Below are positions 62,261 to 64,000 of a stretch of DNA of 64,000 nucleotides, in pieces. The position numbers were made by a program, and so were the translations under genes. Numbering within the stretch: position 1 is the first letter of the stretch; every line of letters begins with the position of its first letter. The DNA is taken from NCBI RefSeq assembly GCF_053078305.1, contig NZ_CP166879.1, one strand, 5' to 3'. Below the pieces are notes generated by a model. It searched no databases. It was not told where the DNA came from and saw only the letters and a list, made by a program, of their open reading frames with translations.

Positions 62261-62638
62261 TCACCCCTCTCCCAGCCACAACAGCAGATAGAACAAATCC
62301 GCCGCATCAGTCACTGATATATACCAGCGGGGATGAATATACTCCTCCTCCGACGGCCAGCTCTCATGCCCACTCACAGTAAGCAGAATATGCACATACT
62401 GACCCTGCTGACCTTCCAGCATCACCGCCACACTGCTGTTCAGACCCACCCTCTGTGGCTGGCAACGGATACACTCCACCCGCCCCAGTTGCGCCGCCAG
62501 ATGCCCGCGAAGACGTTCAAGATTATCCCGTGTGGTGCAACTTATCCCCGGCGCACCCTGTGGCGGCAGAACAAACACACTTCCGGCGGGGTGAACAGCA
62601 GACACCACTTCCGGTTCCGGATACTTCAGACACAGCAT
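62261..62638 (-). CDS. hypothetical T4SS-operon protein
   Basis: ORF 62261..62692; ATG at 62638 with a GGGAG RBS, 5 nt after the ATPase stop. Confidence 0.4.
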   Translation of the reverse strand: MLCLKYPEPEVVSAVHPAGSVFVLPPQGAPGISCTTRDNLERLRGHLAAQLGRVECIRCQPQRVGLNSSVAVMLEGQQGQYVHILLTVSGHESWPSEEEYIHPRWYISVTDAADLFYLLLWLGEG

Positions 62639-62642
62639 AGTC

Positions 62643-64000
62643 TCACTCCCTGCCAGCCAGACCACGTAGCCCGTCCAGCTTTCGTGCCACATGAAACGCT
62701 GCTTCCAGTTCGCTGCACTGGTGCACCTTCATCAGGGCGCGGCGTTCAGCCTTCTCTTCTTTCTCCGTCATCCCCAGAGCCAGATACAGACTCGGTGGCA
62801 CAACCCGGAACAACGCTTCTGTGCGCTTCGCCAGTACCACCCCCTCCGTATAACAGCCGGACAGTTTACTGGCTGACAGCAGTACCGCCTTCTGCTCCTC
62901 CGTCAGGGATTTAAAACGGGCAATATTGTTCACTTCCTCCGGCGGCATGGTCAGGCACACCCACCACTCTGCCATATTCAGCATCTTCTCCGAGACATCC
63001 GGATAATCCTTCAGGTTCTGCGTGGCCAGCCACAGCCAGGCCCCCAGCTTGCGCCACATTTTCACCACTTTGGTCATATACGGGGACAAAAGCGGGTTTA
63101 CCGTCACGATATGCGCCTCATCCACCACAAACAGAATATCCCGTCCCAGATACTGATCGCGCTCGGCAATGTTGTTAATCATATTGGTCATTGACACCAT
63201 GGTCAGTGCCATCTGGGCTTCATAACCTTCACGGGCAAGATGCCCCAGATCAATCAGGGTCACATCCGCTTCCGGCCACAGTTTTCCTTCCCGGTTAAAC
63301 AGCTCCGCTTCAAAACTGCCCGGCTGGGTGAACATCCCCAGCGACTCTGCCATCTCTGCGGCTTTAGCACGGCGAACATCATTACGCTGAGTGTCCCGCG
63401 AAATTTCCCACAACGCACTCTGCAGATCCACCGGCAGCATCTGACGCCCCTCCCGGTACGTGGTGTGCGTGGCCATCAGCAGTGCCTCACGGATCATCGC
63501 CCTGTCCGCACGTTTGAGCGCTGCTTCTTCTTTCGGATCCCCTCCGGTGATCATCATGCGGGCAGAGATTTCCATCTCCCCCAGAATGTCGCGTTTCTCT
63601 TCCTCTTCATCCCCCTCATCTTCATCAAGATCGGGCAGTGAATGCTCATCCACACTCTGCAGCGTCTCTCCCTGCTCCACCAGTTGATGAGCATCCGCAA
63701 ATGGAGGAAGACACACCCCCGTTCCCGGTTTGACACTGATTTTATTAACCGAAAGCCCGAGACTCTCAAAATAATCCGCCAGCAGACCAAACGAGTTCCC
63801 GGCCTCAGCGATAAACAGACGGGGACGATGAACTGCCATTATCTGCGACAACGAACCACACAGCGTGGCCGATTTACCGGCTCCGGTAGGCCCGAAAAGC
63901 AGCAGATGTGCATTCTGGGTCCGGTCCAGCTTGTTCAGCGGATCAAAGGTCAGCACATCCCCGCCACGGTTAAAGAAACTGAATCCGGGATGCCCCGTAC
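62643..64000 (-). CDS. conjugative-transfer ATPase, TraC/VirB4-like (partial; N-terminus beyond window end)
   Basis: Walker A LLFGPTGAGKSAT and Walker-B-like ILFVVDEAH; the reading frame stays open to the window edge. Confidence 0.8.
   Translation of the reverse strand, partial: TGHPGFSFFNRGGDVLTFDPLNKLDRTQNAHLLLFGPTGAGKSATLCGSLSQIMAVHRPRLFIAEAGNSFGLLADYFESLGLSVNKISVKPGTGVCLPPFADAHQLVEQGETLQSVDEHSLPDLDEDEGDEEEEKRDILGEMEISARMMITGGDPKEEAALKRADRAMIREALLMATHTTYREGRQMLPVDLQSALWEISRDTQRNDVRRAKAAEMAESLGMFTQPGSFEAELFNREGKLWPEADVTLIDLGHLAREGYEAQMALTMVSMTNMINNIAERDQYLGRDILFVVDEAHIVTVNPLLSPYMTKVVKMWRKLGAWLWLATQNLKDYPDVSEKMLNMAEWWVCLTMPPEEVNNIARFKSLTEEQKAVLLSASKLSGCYTEGVVLAKRTEALFRVVPPSLYLALGMTEKEEKAERRALMKVHQCSELEAAFHVARKLDGLRGLAGRE

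Noticed and set aside
1-64000. tRNA or tmRNA gene marking an island integration site
   Set aside because: I found no convincing tRNA-like T-arm or acceptor sequence by eye; a tRNAscan-type search would be needed to exclude one.

Overview
This 64 kb window reads as a mosaic accessory region (genomic island / ICE-like) of an enterobacterial chromosome; the ykgM, IS2 and IS4 matches suggest an Escherichia-like host, but that is inference from recalled sequences, not a search. All calls come from reading the ORF translations and the DNA by eye. Ordered along the window: (1) a type III restriction-modification system (mod, res) with a perfect (GCAAC)x21 pentanucleotide tract 64 bp upstream of mod, a candidate phase-variable 'phasevarion'; (2) a minus-strand cluster of small uncharacterised genes with an ArdC-like antirestriction protein and a methyltransferase-like protein, each gene preceded by a GC-rich palindrome (leading-region / anti-defence-like); (3) a 300-aa tyrosine recombinase cassette flanked by ~255 bp direct repeats that carry tandem ~63 bp hairpin units with compensatory stem substitutions; (4) an AT-rich islet with an unknown protein and a LysE-family exporter; (5) a Fur-box-preceded TonB-dependent receptor (IreA-like), a 1443-aa trimeric autotransporter adhesin and a TpgA-like OmpA-domain lipoprotein; (6) IS256-family and IS4 remnants where terF would be; (7) the tellurite-resistance operon terZABCDE with its divergent biosynthetic module (ATP-grasp, two PRTase-like proteins, HAD hydrolase, CitE/HpcH-like enzyme) and terW; (8) an IS-bounded, AT-rich acyl-CoA operon (thiolase, SDR reductase, MaoC dehydratase, FabV/TER enoyl-CoA reductase, CoA-transferase, GntP-type permease) with a divergent LysR regulator; (9) an IS2 remnant with a nested IS110-family element, next to Zur-box-preceded ykgM; (10) part of an ICE-type conjugative T4SS module (TraC/VirB4-like ATPase, TraU-, TraH-, TraG-like) with an embedded AraC regulator and an 87-bp-repeat lipoprotein. 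No CRISPR array, rRNA or convincing tRNA was seen. Most interesting: the repeat-controlled type III R-M, the structured tandem repeats around the recombinase, the palindrome-punctuated unknown-gene cluster, the ter biosynthetic module and the acquired acyl-CoA operon.
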